Source: Methanobacteriota archaeon
GTDB lineage: Archaea > Hydrothermarchaeota > Hydrothermarchaeia > Hydrothermarchaeales > JACRDW01
Direction of reading: 5' to 3'
DNA length: 17,156 nucleotides
NCBI GenBank assembly: GCA_043820925.1
Contig: JBDRDL010000046.1
Span: forward strand, 1-17,156
The notes under the pieces are model-generated. The model saw only the letters and a list, made by a program, of their open reading frames with translations, ran no database searches and was not told the origin of the DNA. Position 1 is the first letter of the stretch, and every line of letters begins with the position of its first letter. Made by a program: the position numbers and the translations under genes. Of this stretch, positions 8,631-16,692 are shown in pieces.

Positions 8631-8683
8631 TAACAAAATATTTCGTAAAATTTTTAAACGTTCAAAAAACGGAGGTGTATTCT

Positions 8684-10330
8684 ATGGCAGCGCAGATGGG
8701 CGGACAGCCTATACTGATACTATCTGATAAAACGCAGAGAACGATGGGCAGAGATGCGCAGAGAATGAATATACTCGCAGCAAGGGTAATTGCAGAATCT
8801 GTGAAAACCACGCTTGGACCGAGGGGCATGGACAAGATGCTTGTCGACAGCTTGGGCGACGTGATAGTAACGAACGACGGAGTAACTATTCTGAAGGAAA
8901 TGGATGTGGAGCATCCTGTCGCAAAGATGCTGGTGGAGGTAGCAAAAACGCAGGAAGATGAAGTAGGAGACGGTACTACTACTGCGGTAGTAATCGCAGG
9001 AGAGCTGTTAAAGCGTGCGGAGGAGCTTTTGGACCAAGACGTTCATGCAACTGTGATTGCAGGCGGCTATAGACTGGCTGCCGAGAAGGCAGTGGAGATT
9101 TTGAAGAACATAGCAATAGATGTTTCTGTAGACGACGATGAGACGCTTAGAAAAGTAGCAATGACGGCAATGACTGGAAAGGGCGCAGAAAAGGCGAAAG
9201 AATACCTCGCCGACCTAGTAGTAAAAGCTGTAAAGGCGGTAGCGGAGCGAGAGGGCGATAAAATTTCTATAGATACAGACCATATAAAAATCGAGAAGAA
9301 AGAAGGGGGAGGAATAGAAGATACAGAGCTTATTAGGGGCGTTTTAATCGACAAGGAGAGAGTTCACTCCGCAATGCCGAAGAGAGTCGAGAAAGCAAAA
9401 ATAGCTCTGGTCAATTCAGCCTTGGAAGTTAAGGAGACCGAAATCGATGCAGAGATTCGAATCACAGACCCGAACCAGCTTAAAGCGTTTATAGACGAAG
9501 AGGAAAAGATGCTCAAGGACATGGTTGAAACGATTAAGAAGTCTGGAGCGAATGTTTTGCTGACGCAGAAAGGAATCGACGACCTTGCGCAGCACTACCT
9601 TGCAAAGGCAGGCATACTGGCTGCGAGGAGGGTCAAGAAAAGTGATATGGAAAAGCTGGCAAGGGCTACGGGCGCAAACATAGTAACCAACCTCGACGAC
9701 CTGAGCGGGAAAGACCTCGGTTATGCAGGGATAGTGGAAGAAGTAAAAATCGGCGAGGACGAGATGATTTACGTAAAAGACTGCAAGGATCCCAAATCAG
9801 TCAGCATTTTAATCCGGGGCGGCACCGAGCACATCGTTGATGAAGTAGAAAGAGCTATTGAAGACTGTCTCGGCGTCGTGCCTGCTGCAATAAAAGACGG
9901 AAAGGTCGTGGCGGGCGGAGGAGCGCCTGAAATAGAAGCTGCGAAGCAGCTCAGAAAGTATGCAAAGACCGTTGGAGGCAGGGAGCAGCTTGCAATCGAA
10001 GCTTTTGCCGATGCGCTCGAGGTAATACCCAGAGCACTGGCAGAAAATGCAGGTCTTGACCCAATCGATGTACTGGTGGACCTAAGAGCGAAGCACGAGA
10101 AAGACGGGGCAAGATACGGCTTGGACGTATTCGATGGCAAAGTAAAGGACATGTACAAGGAGGACGTAATCGAGCCGCTCAGGGTTAAAACGCAGGCAAT
10201 AGATTCCGCAAGCGAAGTTGCAGTTATGATACTGCGCATAGACGACGTCATCGCCGCTTCAGGCGCTGGAAAAGGCGCAAGAATGCCGCCGGGCGGACCT
10301 GGAATGGGTGGCGAAGGAATGGAGGATTAA
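8684..10330 (+). CDS. ths: Thermosome (group II chaperonin) subunit, paralog 2
   Basis: [37 protein letters not shown] and an [10 protein letters not shown] tail. Start set at ATG 8684 (MAAQMGGQP) with a GGAGGTG RBS at 8671-8677. Confidence 0.98.
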   Translation: MAAQMGGQPILILSDKTQRTMGRDAQRMNILAARVIAESVKTTLGPRGMDKMLVDSLGDVIVTNDGVTILKEMDVEHPVAKMLVEVAKTQEDEVGDGTTTAVVIAGELLKRAEELLDQDVHATVIAGGYRLAAEKAVEILKNIAIDVSVDDDETLRKVAMTAMTGKGAEKAKEYLADLVVKAVKAVAEREGDKISIDTDHIKIEKKEGGGIEDTELIRGVLIDKERVHSAMPKRVEKAKIALVNSALEVKETEIDAEIRITDPNQLKAFIDEEEKMLKDMVETIKKSGANVLLTQKGIDDLAQHYLAKAGILAARRVKKSDMEKLARATGANIVTNLDDLSGKDLGYAGIVEEVKIGEDEMIYVKDCKDPKSVSILIRGGTEHIVDEVERAIEDCLGVVPAAIKDGKVVAGGGAPEIEAAKQLRKYAKTVGGREQLAIEAFADALEVIPRALAENAGLDPIDVLVDLRAKHEKDGARYGLDVFDGKVKDMYKEDVIEPLRVKTQAIDSASEVAVMILRIDDVIAASGAGKGARMPPGGPGMGGEGMED

Positions 10331-10354
10331 ATCCTCCTTTATTTTTTAATTTTT
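10321..10354 (+). terminator. Hairpin plus T-rich terminator
   Basis: GGAGGAT-TAA-ATCCTCC (the stop codon forms the loop) followed by TTTATTTTTTAATTTTT. Confidence 0.65.
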
Positions 10355-10376
10355 AGAATGCGTATAACATCTACAG

Positions 10377-11351
10377 TTATACTTTCCCAAATAATATTTT
10401 TCTGAGTAATATCTTTAAATCAATAAAGGCGAAAAATATCAGAAGGGCAAAAACGAGGAAAAACAGAGCATCCGGGAAGGGTAGTGTTTTCGAGAATTTG
10501 TCCTCTAAGGAAACTAGAAATATGATTCCAAATATTGCGAAGAAATAGATATAATCCGTAACTCTCTTAAAAATCCCAATCTCATCTTCTAATTTCGAAT
10601 ACTCGCCAATCTCTCTAGATAATTTTCTCTTCAATTCTATAAAATTTGGAACGAATTTGTTCTCATCGTCCAAAAGCTCCTTCTTTATCTCTTTTACTTC
10701 AATTTTATTTTTTATCGCTCTAAAAACAGCTTTCTTTTGTCCTAGTATTTCTCCTGAATATTCCCGCAACACTACTATGATTAAAAGACCAACGGCTATT
10801 GTGAATGATGCTTGAGCAGATGCAGCAAGTAAATCGTTAGATAACGTTTTATCGAAAAGAGAAAAATTTTTTACAAATAGTTTGGCGATTAATACTAAAG
10901 ATAGCCATAAAAACATAAAATAATAAATGAACCTATAAAAATAAAAAATTAAATTCGGTGGAATGCTTTTCCATAATCTCTCTTTAGCTTCGTAACCGGA
11001 CAGAACTGAAGATAACGTTGCTGACCGTATGAGAAAAAATAAGATTAGAATACCAAAGAATCCCAGAGGTTCAAGCTTAAATTCTAAAAAAAGTATACAC
11101 GCTAGAGCGACTGAAAGCTCGCCACCCCAAACATACATCCAGCGCTTCGTCCCACCAAACTCTTTATACGCCAATTCCGTTAAGTCCGAGTGAACTAGCC
11201 CTTTAAAGAAGTTTTCAAAATTGCCACGCTCCTCCGCTTCTTTCAAGCTTAGCGAAAGTTTTGGGATTCTTTTTGAATTATACCAACCGAAGGGGATTGC
11301 AATTACAATCAGAATAATATACGCTAGGGATTGTTCTAATATATGTACCAC
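10377..11351 (-). CDS. Hypothetical polytopic membrane protein
   Basis: 324-aa AT-rich ORF with about 7 hydrophobic segments and a charged coiled-coil-like loop; no family recognised; GTG start. Confidence 0.65.
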   Translation of the reverse strand: MVHILEQSLAYIILIVIAIPFGWYNSKRIPKLSLSLKEAEERGNFENFFKGLVHSDLTELAYKEFGGTKRWMYVWGGELSVALACILFLEFKLEPLGFFGILILFFLIRSATLSSVLSGYEAKERLWKSIPPNLIFYFYRFIYYFMFLWLSLVLIAKLFVKNFSLFDKTLSNDLLAASAQASFTIAVGLLIIVVLREYSGEILGQKKAVFRAIKNKIEVKEIKKELLDDENKFVPNFIELKRKLSREIGEYSKLEDEIGIFKRVTDYIYFFAIFGIIFLVSLEDKFSKTLPFPDALFFLVFALLIFFAFIDLKILLRKILFGKV

Positions 11352-11392
11352 CCTATTTTGATTTTGGTCTACTTATTCTTAAATAATTCCAT

Positions 11393-12076
11393 TCAGAATA
11401 TTCTATCATACTCTCTAATTAATCCTCTGTGCAGCGCAGTGCCCACAAGCGCTCCGCTCACCCCAATTTTTTCCAATTTTTTTAAGTCTTCTTTTCTTAT
11501 TCCGCCGCCTACGAAGATTTCCCCATCGCAAAATTTTATTTTTTTTATAAAATCAAACTTAAAACCGCCCAATGTACCAACCGAAGAAATGTCCAAGAAA
11601 ATAAACCGCCCTGCCCCGAGCTTTCTTAAAATTTCGAACCCTTCCGCAGGGCTGCTTGGCAGGATTTGCGAGAGCACCTTTTTGTTTTTTATGTCGATAC
11701 TGACGAGTATTCTTTTCCCGAATTTTTTCAGCGCTTTTCTTAGAGTTTCCAAGTTTTGCAGCGTTTCGGTGCCGATGATTATTTCTGCATTCAGCCTTGA
11801 AATTCTTTCAATATCGCTGTAGTTTCTTATCCCGGCGTCGGCGAGAAGCTTTTTACTTTTGCTGAGCTTTTTCAGAAGTTCCAGATTCGGTTTTCCCTTC
11901 ATTATTCCATCAAGGTCCGCAACGTACAATCTCTCATACGGCAGGTTCCTTGCGATTTCTAACGGGTCTGAAGAGCTTGCAAAAACAGTTTTTAATTCCC
12001 GATACTTTTTCCGCTTGCCAGATTTTCCGCTGACAGCTTTTCCGTGCATTACGTCGAGAACAGGTATTATTTCCAT
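11393..12076 (-). CDS. HisA/HisF-related TIM-barrel protein (type linked to C1-cofactor biosynthesis genes)
   Basis: Likely start MEIIPVLDVMHGKAVSG (ATG 12076); LYVADLDGI, ADAGIR, IIGTETL, LVSIDIK, FLDISSVGT, VGGGIR, GALVGTALH. The longer ORF-track start is antisense to mfnB. Confidence 0.85.
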   Translation of the reverse strand: MEIIPVLDVMHGKAVSGKSGKRKKYRELKTVFASSSDPLEIARNLPYERLYVADLDGIMKGKPNLELLKKLSKSKKLLADAGIRNYSDIERISRLNAEIIIGTETLQNLETLRKALKKFGKRILVSIDIKNKKVLSQILPSSPAEGFEILRKLGAGRFIFLDISSVGTLGGFKFDFIKKIKFCDGEIFVGGGIRKEDLKKLEKIGVSGALVGTALHRGLIREYDRIF

Positions 12077-12079
12077 TTC

Positions 12080-12113
12080 TAAATTTTTATATGCATGCGC
12101 ATATAAGAATTTA
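12080..12113. promoter_or_regulatory. Palindromic bidirectional promoter between the HisA-like gene and mfnB
   Basis: TAAATTTTTATATGC-ATGC-GCATATAAGAATTTA; arms are complementary at 14/15. Each strand has a TATA box about 25 nt before its ATG. Confidence 0.7.
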
Positions 12114-12116
12114 AAC

Positions 12117-12818
12117 ATGAAACTCCTGGTAAGCCCGAGCAACGTTGCAGAGGCGAAAGCTGCGATAGAGGGCGGCGCAGACATAATAGACATGAAGAAC
12201 CCGAAGGAAGGCTCTCTGGGTGCGAATTTCCCCTGGGTCATAAAAGAAATAAAGAGCATTCTGCCCAGCGGCGTTGAGCTCAGCGCTACCCTAGGCGACT
12301 TAAATTTCAAGCCCGGTACTGCTTCGCTTGCTGCATACGGAGCTGCAAGTCTCGGCGTGGACTACATTAAGGCTGGATTTTTTGGAATCGACAGCAAAAA
12401 AAAAGCAGAAGAGCTTGCAAGTAAAATTTCGAAAGCAGTGCAAAACTTTGATGTAAGGATAGTCCTCGCTGGCTATGCGGACTACAGAGAAATTGACGCT
12501 ATACCTCCTTTTATTTTACCGGAAGTTGCGAGCCGAGCAGGGGCACATGTGGTGATGATAGATACTGCAAGAAAAGAAGGCAGCGGTTTGCTGGACTACC
12601 TCAGCGTCAGGGAGCTTGAGAAATTTATCCAGCTTGCACACGGGCATAATTTGAAGGCAGCTCTTGCAGGCTCGCTGAAAATTGGCGACGTAAACCTGCT
12701 AAAAAATACGGGCGTCGATATAGTCGGCGTAAGAAGCTTAGTTTGCATTGGAGACAGAATAAACGGCAGCATATCTGCGAAAAAAGTTAGAGAGCTGAAG
12801 GAATTTTTGAGGCGTTAA
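12117..12818 (+). CDS. mfnB: (5-formylfuran-3-yl)methyl phosphate synthase (4-HFC-P synthase, methanofuran biosynthesis)
   Basis: Likely start MKLLVSP (ATG 12117); GGADIIDMKNPKEGSLGANFPW, SATLGD, DYIKAG, MIDTARK, ALAGSL and DIVGVR match the MJ1099/DUF556 family. Confidence 0.92.
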   Translation: MKLLVSPSNVAEAKAAIEGGADIIDMKNPKEGSLGANFPWVIKEIKSILPSGVELSATLGDLNFKPGTASLAAYGAASLGVDYIKAGFFGIDSKKKAEELASKISKAVQNFDVRIVLAGYADYREIDAIPPFILPEVASRAGAHVVMIDTARKEGSGLLDYLSVRELEKFIQLAHGHNLKAALAGSLKIGDVNLLKNTGVDIVGVRSLVCIGDRINGSISAKKVRELKEFLRR

Positions 12819-12821
12819 GAA

Positions 12822-14567
12822 ATGGGCTATCTGAACAGAATCCTTGATGTAGATCTCTCCACAGGAAAAATTTCGCAATTCGGACTCGATGACGAGTTAA
12901 AGAAAAATTTCCTCGGGGGAAAGGGAATTGCAGCCAAACTGCTTTATGACCGTTTAACCCCGCACATAGATGCGCTGTCTGAGAAGAACATGCTAATCTT
13001 TATGACAGGTCCTTTAACTGGCACGATGGCGCCTTCTTCTGGAAGATTCTGCTGCGTTTCTAAGTCCCCGTTAACCGGCACAATATTCGATTCGCACTGC
13101 GGCGGGCATTTTGGCTATGAGTTGAAAAGAGCTGGCTTTGATGGAATCGTCGTTAGAGGAAAATCCAAAAGCAAAGTTTTTCTGAGCATTGATAACGGAG
13201 AAGCAGAGCTGTTGGATGCGCAAAAAATCTGGGGCAAGGATACGAAGGAGACAGAGGCACGGGTGAATAAAAAGTTGGACAAGAAATGCAGGATTCTTTC
13301 GATAGGAAAAGCAGGAGAAAATCTGGTCAGATTTGCGAGCATAATCCACGAGGGGCATCGAGCTCTTGGAAGGGGCGGCTTGGGAGCTGTGATGGGCTTC
13401 AAAAATCTAAAGGCGATAGCTGTTAGAGGAGACAAAAAAATTCCTGTCTACGATGCCCAGAAGTTCAAAGAAGTTGCGAGAAAGTGCTGCGAGCTGCTTG
13501 CGAAGCATCCCTCAACTGGCAAAAAATTGAAGGAGTACGGCACTCCAAACATCGTTAGCACAGTTAACAGCGCTGGACTCCTGCCCACGAGAAATTTTCA
13601 GACCGGATTTTTCGAGGACGCCGAAAAAATTTCTGGCGAAGAAATGCGCAAGTTCGTAACAGGCAACTACAGTTGCTTTTCCTGCTCGATTAGATGTGGA
13701 AAAAAAGTTGATATCAACGGAGTAAAAACAGAAAGCTTGGAGTACGAAACAATATATTCCTTCGGATCTAACTGTGGAAACTCCAGTCTATCTTCGATAG
13801 CGAAAGCAAACGAGCTCTGCAACAAGCTTGGACTGGATACCATCTCTACAGGAGCGACAATTGCATTTTTTATTGAGCTCATAGAAAAAGGTTTTTTGAG
13901 CTATGACATAAAGTGGGGGCAGAGCGACAAAATACTCGAGCTGATTGAAAAAATTGCGCTCAGGGAAGGAGTTGGAAATGCGCTTGCAGAAGGAGTAAAA
14001 AGGCTTTCTGAAAAATATGACTGCGAATTTGCAATGCACGTTAAAGGTTTGGAATTGCCGGGTTATGATTCGAGAGGAGCAGTGGGGCAGAGTCTGGCGT
14101 ATGCTACAAATAATGAAGGGGGCAGCCACATGAGGGCTCCTGTATACATAGATGAGATACTAACGCAGCGCATAGACAGGTTTGAAAAGAAGGGCAAGGC
14201 AAGGCTTGTTAAAGATACGCAGGATTTCCATGCCTCGCTGGACTCTCTGATTCTCTGCAAGTTCACTTCCCGTGCACTGCGGGAGGAGCATTACTCTCAG
14301 CTTCTGGACCATGCAACTGGAATAAATTTTGAGCTTCGCAGGATTGGAGAGAGAATATTCAACCTGGAAAGGCTTTTCAATTTAAGGGAAGGTTTCACAA
14401 GACATGATGATGCGCTGCCCGCAAGATTTCTGAAAGAGCGCATTCCAACTGGAAATTCAAAAGGCAGCATAGCTGATTTAGAATTGGACGAATACTACAT
14501 GCTGAGGGGATGGGACAGCGAAGGAAAGCCCAAACCGCAAAGATTAAAAACACTTGGATTAAAATAA
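12822..14567 (+). CDS. aor: Aldehyde:ferredoxin oxidoreductase family (tungstopterin) enzyme
   Basis: KSPLTG, DSHCGGHFG, GRGGLGAVMG-x-KNLKAI, 4Fe-4S Cys in CFSCSIRC and ILCKF, EYET, GLDTIS and HVKGLELPGYD. Starts 3 nt after mfnB. Confidence 0.93.
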   Translation: MGYLNRILDVDLSTGKISQFGLDDELKKNFLGGKGIAAKLLYDRLTPHIDALSEKNMLIFMTGPLTGTMAPSSGRFCCVSKSPLTGTIFDSHCGGHFGYELKRAGFDGIVVRGKSKSKVFLSIDNGEAELLDAQKIWGKDTKETEARVNKKLDKKCRILSIGKAGENLVRFASIIHEGHRALGRGGLGAVMGFKNLKAIAVRGDKKIPVYDAQKFKEVARKCCELLAKHPSTGKKLKEYGTPNIVSTVNSAGLLPTRNFQTGFFEDAEKISGEEMRKFVTGNYSCFSCSIRCGKKVDINGVKTESLEYETIYSFGSNCGNSSLSSIAKANELCNKLGLDTISTGATIAFFIELIEKGFLSYDIKWGQSDKILELIEKIALREGVGNALAEGVKRLSEKYDCEFAMHVKGLELPGYDSRGAVGQSLAYATNNEGGSHMRAPVYIDEILTQRIDRFEKKGKARLVKDTQDFHASLDSLILCKFTSRALREEHYSQLLDHATGINFELRRIGERIFNLERLFNLREGFTRHDDALPARFLKERIPTGNSKGSIADLELDEYYMLRGWDSEGKPKPQRLKTLGLK

Positions 14568-14574
14568 TCGTTTC

Positions 14575-14850
14575 ATGAAACTGCCCTTTGAATTGAGGGA
14601 TATAAAGCCAGGTGAATTTTCATATTTGACAAGGAGGAAAATCGAGACAGGAGAAATCTTCCTCTGGAAGCGCAAGAGCGAAGAGCAATCACACTACCTG
14701 CTGAAATGTCCATTCTGCGGGGAAGAGCAAGAAGGAAGCACCGTTCTGGTGAAGAGACCGTACAGGGTTAAATGCCCCGGGTGTGGAAAGAGCATAGCTC
14801 TGCCGAAGCTTGCGGATTTAGCGAAGAAGGAGAGCAGAAAAGAATCATGA
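14575..14850 (+). CDS. Small zinc-ribbon protein
   Basis: 91 aa with CPFC-x16-CPGC; starts 7 nt after aor, and its stop overlaps the next start (ATGA). Confidence 0.75.
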   Translation: MKLPFELRDIKPGEFSYLTRRKIETGEIFLWKRKSEEQSHYLLKCPFCGEEQEGSTVLVKRPYRVKCPGCGKSIALPKLADLAKKESRKES

Positions 14851-15527
14851 AACTGCTGATTTTGATACTTATTTTAAGTGGGTGCATCTCGGGCGTAAAA
14901 GTCGCTGCTCCTATTGTAGAGGCAGGCGACACCGTATCCATAAACTATGTTGCAAAAATCGACGGAGCAGTTTTTGATACCGAACCCCTAAACTTCACAG
15001 TTGGAGAGGGATTTATGATACCTGCCATTGAGGAAGCAGTACTCGGAATGAAGGTTGGCGATGAGAAGACTGTCGTGGTACCTCCTGAAAAGGGCTACGG
15101 CGAAAGAAATGAAAGCCTTGTCAGGTCTATGTCCAGATTTGTAATTATTCCCAGAGAAATAGAGATTTCCATAGAACGCTTCAGGCTTTCATATAATAAA
15201 GAGCCAGTGTTAAATGATACAGTAGAGGATATTTACTGGACATCGAGAGTAATAAAAGTAAACGATACGGTTGTGGTAAGGCATGAGCCTCTGCCAGTTG
15301 TGAAGGAGACGCAAAAGGGGAAGATAAAAATAGATTCAAATGATACTTCGGTAATAATGGAATACATCCCAATTTTGAATATAACTTTTCAAACTGCAGT
15401 CGGAGAGTATGCAACTGTTATAGACTCAAATGAAACTTCAATGACTGTCGACTACAATCATCCCTTCGCTGGAAAGACGCTCGTATTTTCAGTAAAAGTA
15501 GAGGGAATTGAAAAGGCGAAACCCTAA
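14847..15527 (+). CDS. FKBP-type (SlyD-like) peptidyl-prolyl isomerase with lipoprotein signal
   Basis: Likely start MKLLILILILSGC (lipobox LSG|C). GDTVSINY, VFDT, PLNFTVGEGFMIPAIEEAVLGMKVGDEKTVVVPPEKGYG and VDYNHPFAGKTLVF are SlyD-type motifs. Confidence 0.9.
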   Translation: MKLLILILILSGCISGVKVAAPIVEAGDTVSINYVAKIDGAVFDTEPLNFTVGEGFMIPAIEEAVLGMKVGDEKTVVVPPEKGYGERNESLVRSMSRFVIIPREIEISIERFRLSYNKEPVLNDTVEDIYWTSRVIKVNDTVVVRHEPLPVVKETQKGKIKIDSNDTSVIMEYIPILNITFQTAVGEYATVIDSNETSMTVDYNHPFAGKTLVFSVKVEGIEKAKP

Positions 15528-15982
15528 CTTTCGCCGAATTTCTGCTGGATTTTCCACACCGCAAACAGTTTGCTCTTATATACTTCTCGCAGCGTCGCCA
15601 TGAATTTATCTTTTGTCAGTCCGTCTGAATAGATCGGCGCAGTAATCAAAATTAAGCTTAGGATACCATCCGAAAATCTAAATTCAAATTCTGTGGCCTT
15701 GCTTCCCAGAGTAAAACGCAAGTCCCACAGGAACTCGTCCAATTCTTTTTTGGCAGTACTCTTCATCTTTTCAATGTGCCCAGGACTTACACTAGTCCCG
15801 GACAAAATTAAAATCCTATCCTCTCTTTCCTTTGGCTGGATTACGTTCATGCCGTGGGGAATATTCTCAGGAAAGTTTATTCCAATGTTAAATTTAGCAT
15901 TTGGGTCTTCGTTATCTTCTTTGAAGATGTTTTCTTCCTTGCACCATTTTAGAACTTTCTGCTTAATATCCTGTTTTGCCAT
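15524..15982 (-). CDS. DUF2299-like archaeal conserved protein
   Basis: 152 aa; the KWCKEE...DPNAKF...NVIQPK...D...FLWDLRF...IYSDGLTKDKFM pattern is recalled for DUF2299. Its stop overlaps the FKBP stop convergently. Confidence 0.65.
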   Translation of the reverse strand: MAKQDIKQKVLKWCKEENIFKEDNEDPNAKFNIGINFPENIPHGMNVIQPKEREDRILILSGTSVSPGHIEKMKSTAKKELDEFLWDLRFTLGSKATEFEFRFSDGILSLILITAPIYSDGLTKDKFMATLREVYKSKLFAVWKIQQKFGES

Positions 15983-16072
15983 AATATCGCCTAGTTAATT
16001 TTCAAAGTATATATTATTTATTGTTGAGGGCAGAAAATCTTACCGAAGGTAGGATTCTCAGACGTTTAAAGA

Positions 16073-16156
16073 GCGGGGGTAGCCGAGCGGTTAAGGCGCC
16101 AGACTCAAGATCTGGTGGACGCAGGTCCGTCGGGGGTTCGAGTCCCTTCCCCCGCA
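16073..16156 (+). tRNA. tRNA-Leu(CAA)
   Basis: Acceptor GCGGGGG/CCCCCGC plus A; anticodon arm CCAGA-CTCAAGA-TCTGG; long variable arm GGAC-GCAG-GTCC; T loop TTCGAGT; CCA not encoded. Confidence 0.97.
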
Positions 16157-16276
16157 TAACCCTTTTTCTTGTAAGAAAAAGGTCTATCACCCCAAAAAGA
16201 ACAGATACAAAGTATAATAGCGGTATTGGAGTGAAACGGAAATACCGCAATATGATAGCCAGCCTTTCTGAAGGCT

Positions 16277-16293
16277 GAGTCGCTTCCCCCGCA
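16277..16293 (+). repeat. Degenerate copy of the tRNA-Leu 3' end (att-like)
   Basis: GAGTCGCTTCCCCCGCA versus GAGTCCCTTCCCCCGCA (16140-16156), 16/17 identical. Confidence 0.8.
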
Positions 16294-16313
16294 CCTTTCT
16301 TTTTTTATGTAAA

Positions 16314-16427
16314 AAGAAAAACCCGCCTGAAAAAGAAAACCCACTCCCTTCGGTCGTTCCTTTTTCCGCCAGCGCTTTTTCTAAAAGGGCTGGTTCTTGA
16401 ATCCATTCGTCGCACCGGGTTTTTCTT
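16314..16427. mobile_element. MITE/REP-like non-coding element with 12-bp perfect terminal inverted repeats
   Basis: AAGAAAAACCCG (16314-16325) and CGGGTTTTTCTT (16416-16427); internal hairpin CCAGCGCTTTT-TCT-AAAAGGGCTGG (16369-16393); no clear target-site duplication. Confidence 0.4.
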
Positions 16428-16433
16428 CTAAAG

Positions 16434-16447
16434 AAAAGTTTTAATAA
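16434..16447 (+). promoter_or_regulatory. BRE/TATA-like promoter for tRNA-Thr
   Basis: AAAAG-TTTTAATAA about 55 nt upstream of the tRNA 5' end. Confidence 0.45.
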
Positions 16448-16499
16448 GTTAATCCCGATAGTCCCATCTGAGTAATCACGCCTTTACGCCTCCGATAGT

Positions 16500-16573
16500 G
16501 CCTCGGTAGCTCAGCCTGGTGGAGCGCCTGCTTGGTAAGCAGGAGGTCGCGGGATCGTAGCCCGCCCGAGGCT
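16500..16573 (+). tRNA. tRNA-Thr(GGT)
   Basis: Acceptor GCCTCGG/CCGAGGC plus T; D arm GCTC...GAGC; anticodon arm CCTGC-TTGGTAA-GCAGG; T arm GCGGG-ATCGTAG-CCCGC with an atypical loop. Confidence 0.95.
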
Positions 16574-16692
16574 TCACAAAGCTCGCCCAGCTGGGATTTT
16601 TGAGGTTGAGTAGGGTTAGGATTAAAGATAAAGACTAGCCCCGGCCACGCCACCCGCAGAGGGGGCATCCGTTCGAGGCTATTTTTCAAATT

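Noticed and set aside
11859..12310. Long overlapping N-terminal extensions of mfnB and the HisA-like gene
   Set aside because: Each extension is the antisense of the other gene. Family-typical starts at 12117 and 12076 flank a clear promoter.
16014..16689. Short ORFs overlapping the tRNA genes
   Set aside because: They run through tRNA-Leu or tRNA-Thr and are translation artefacts.
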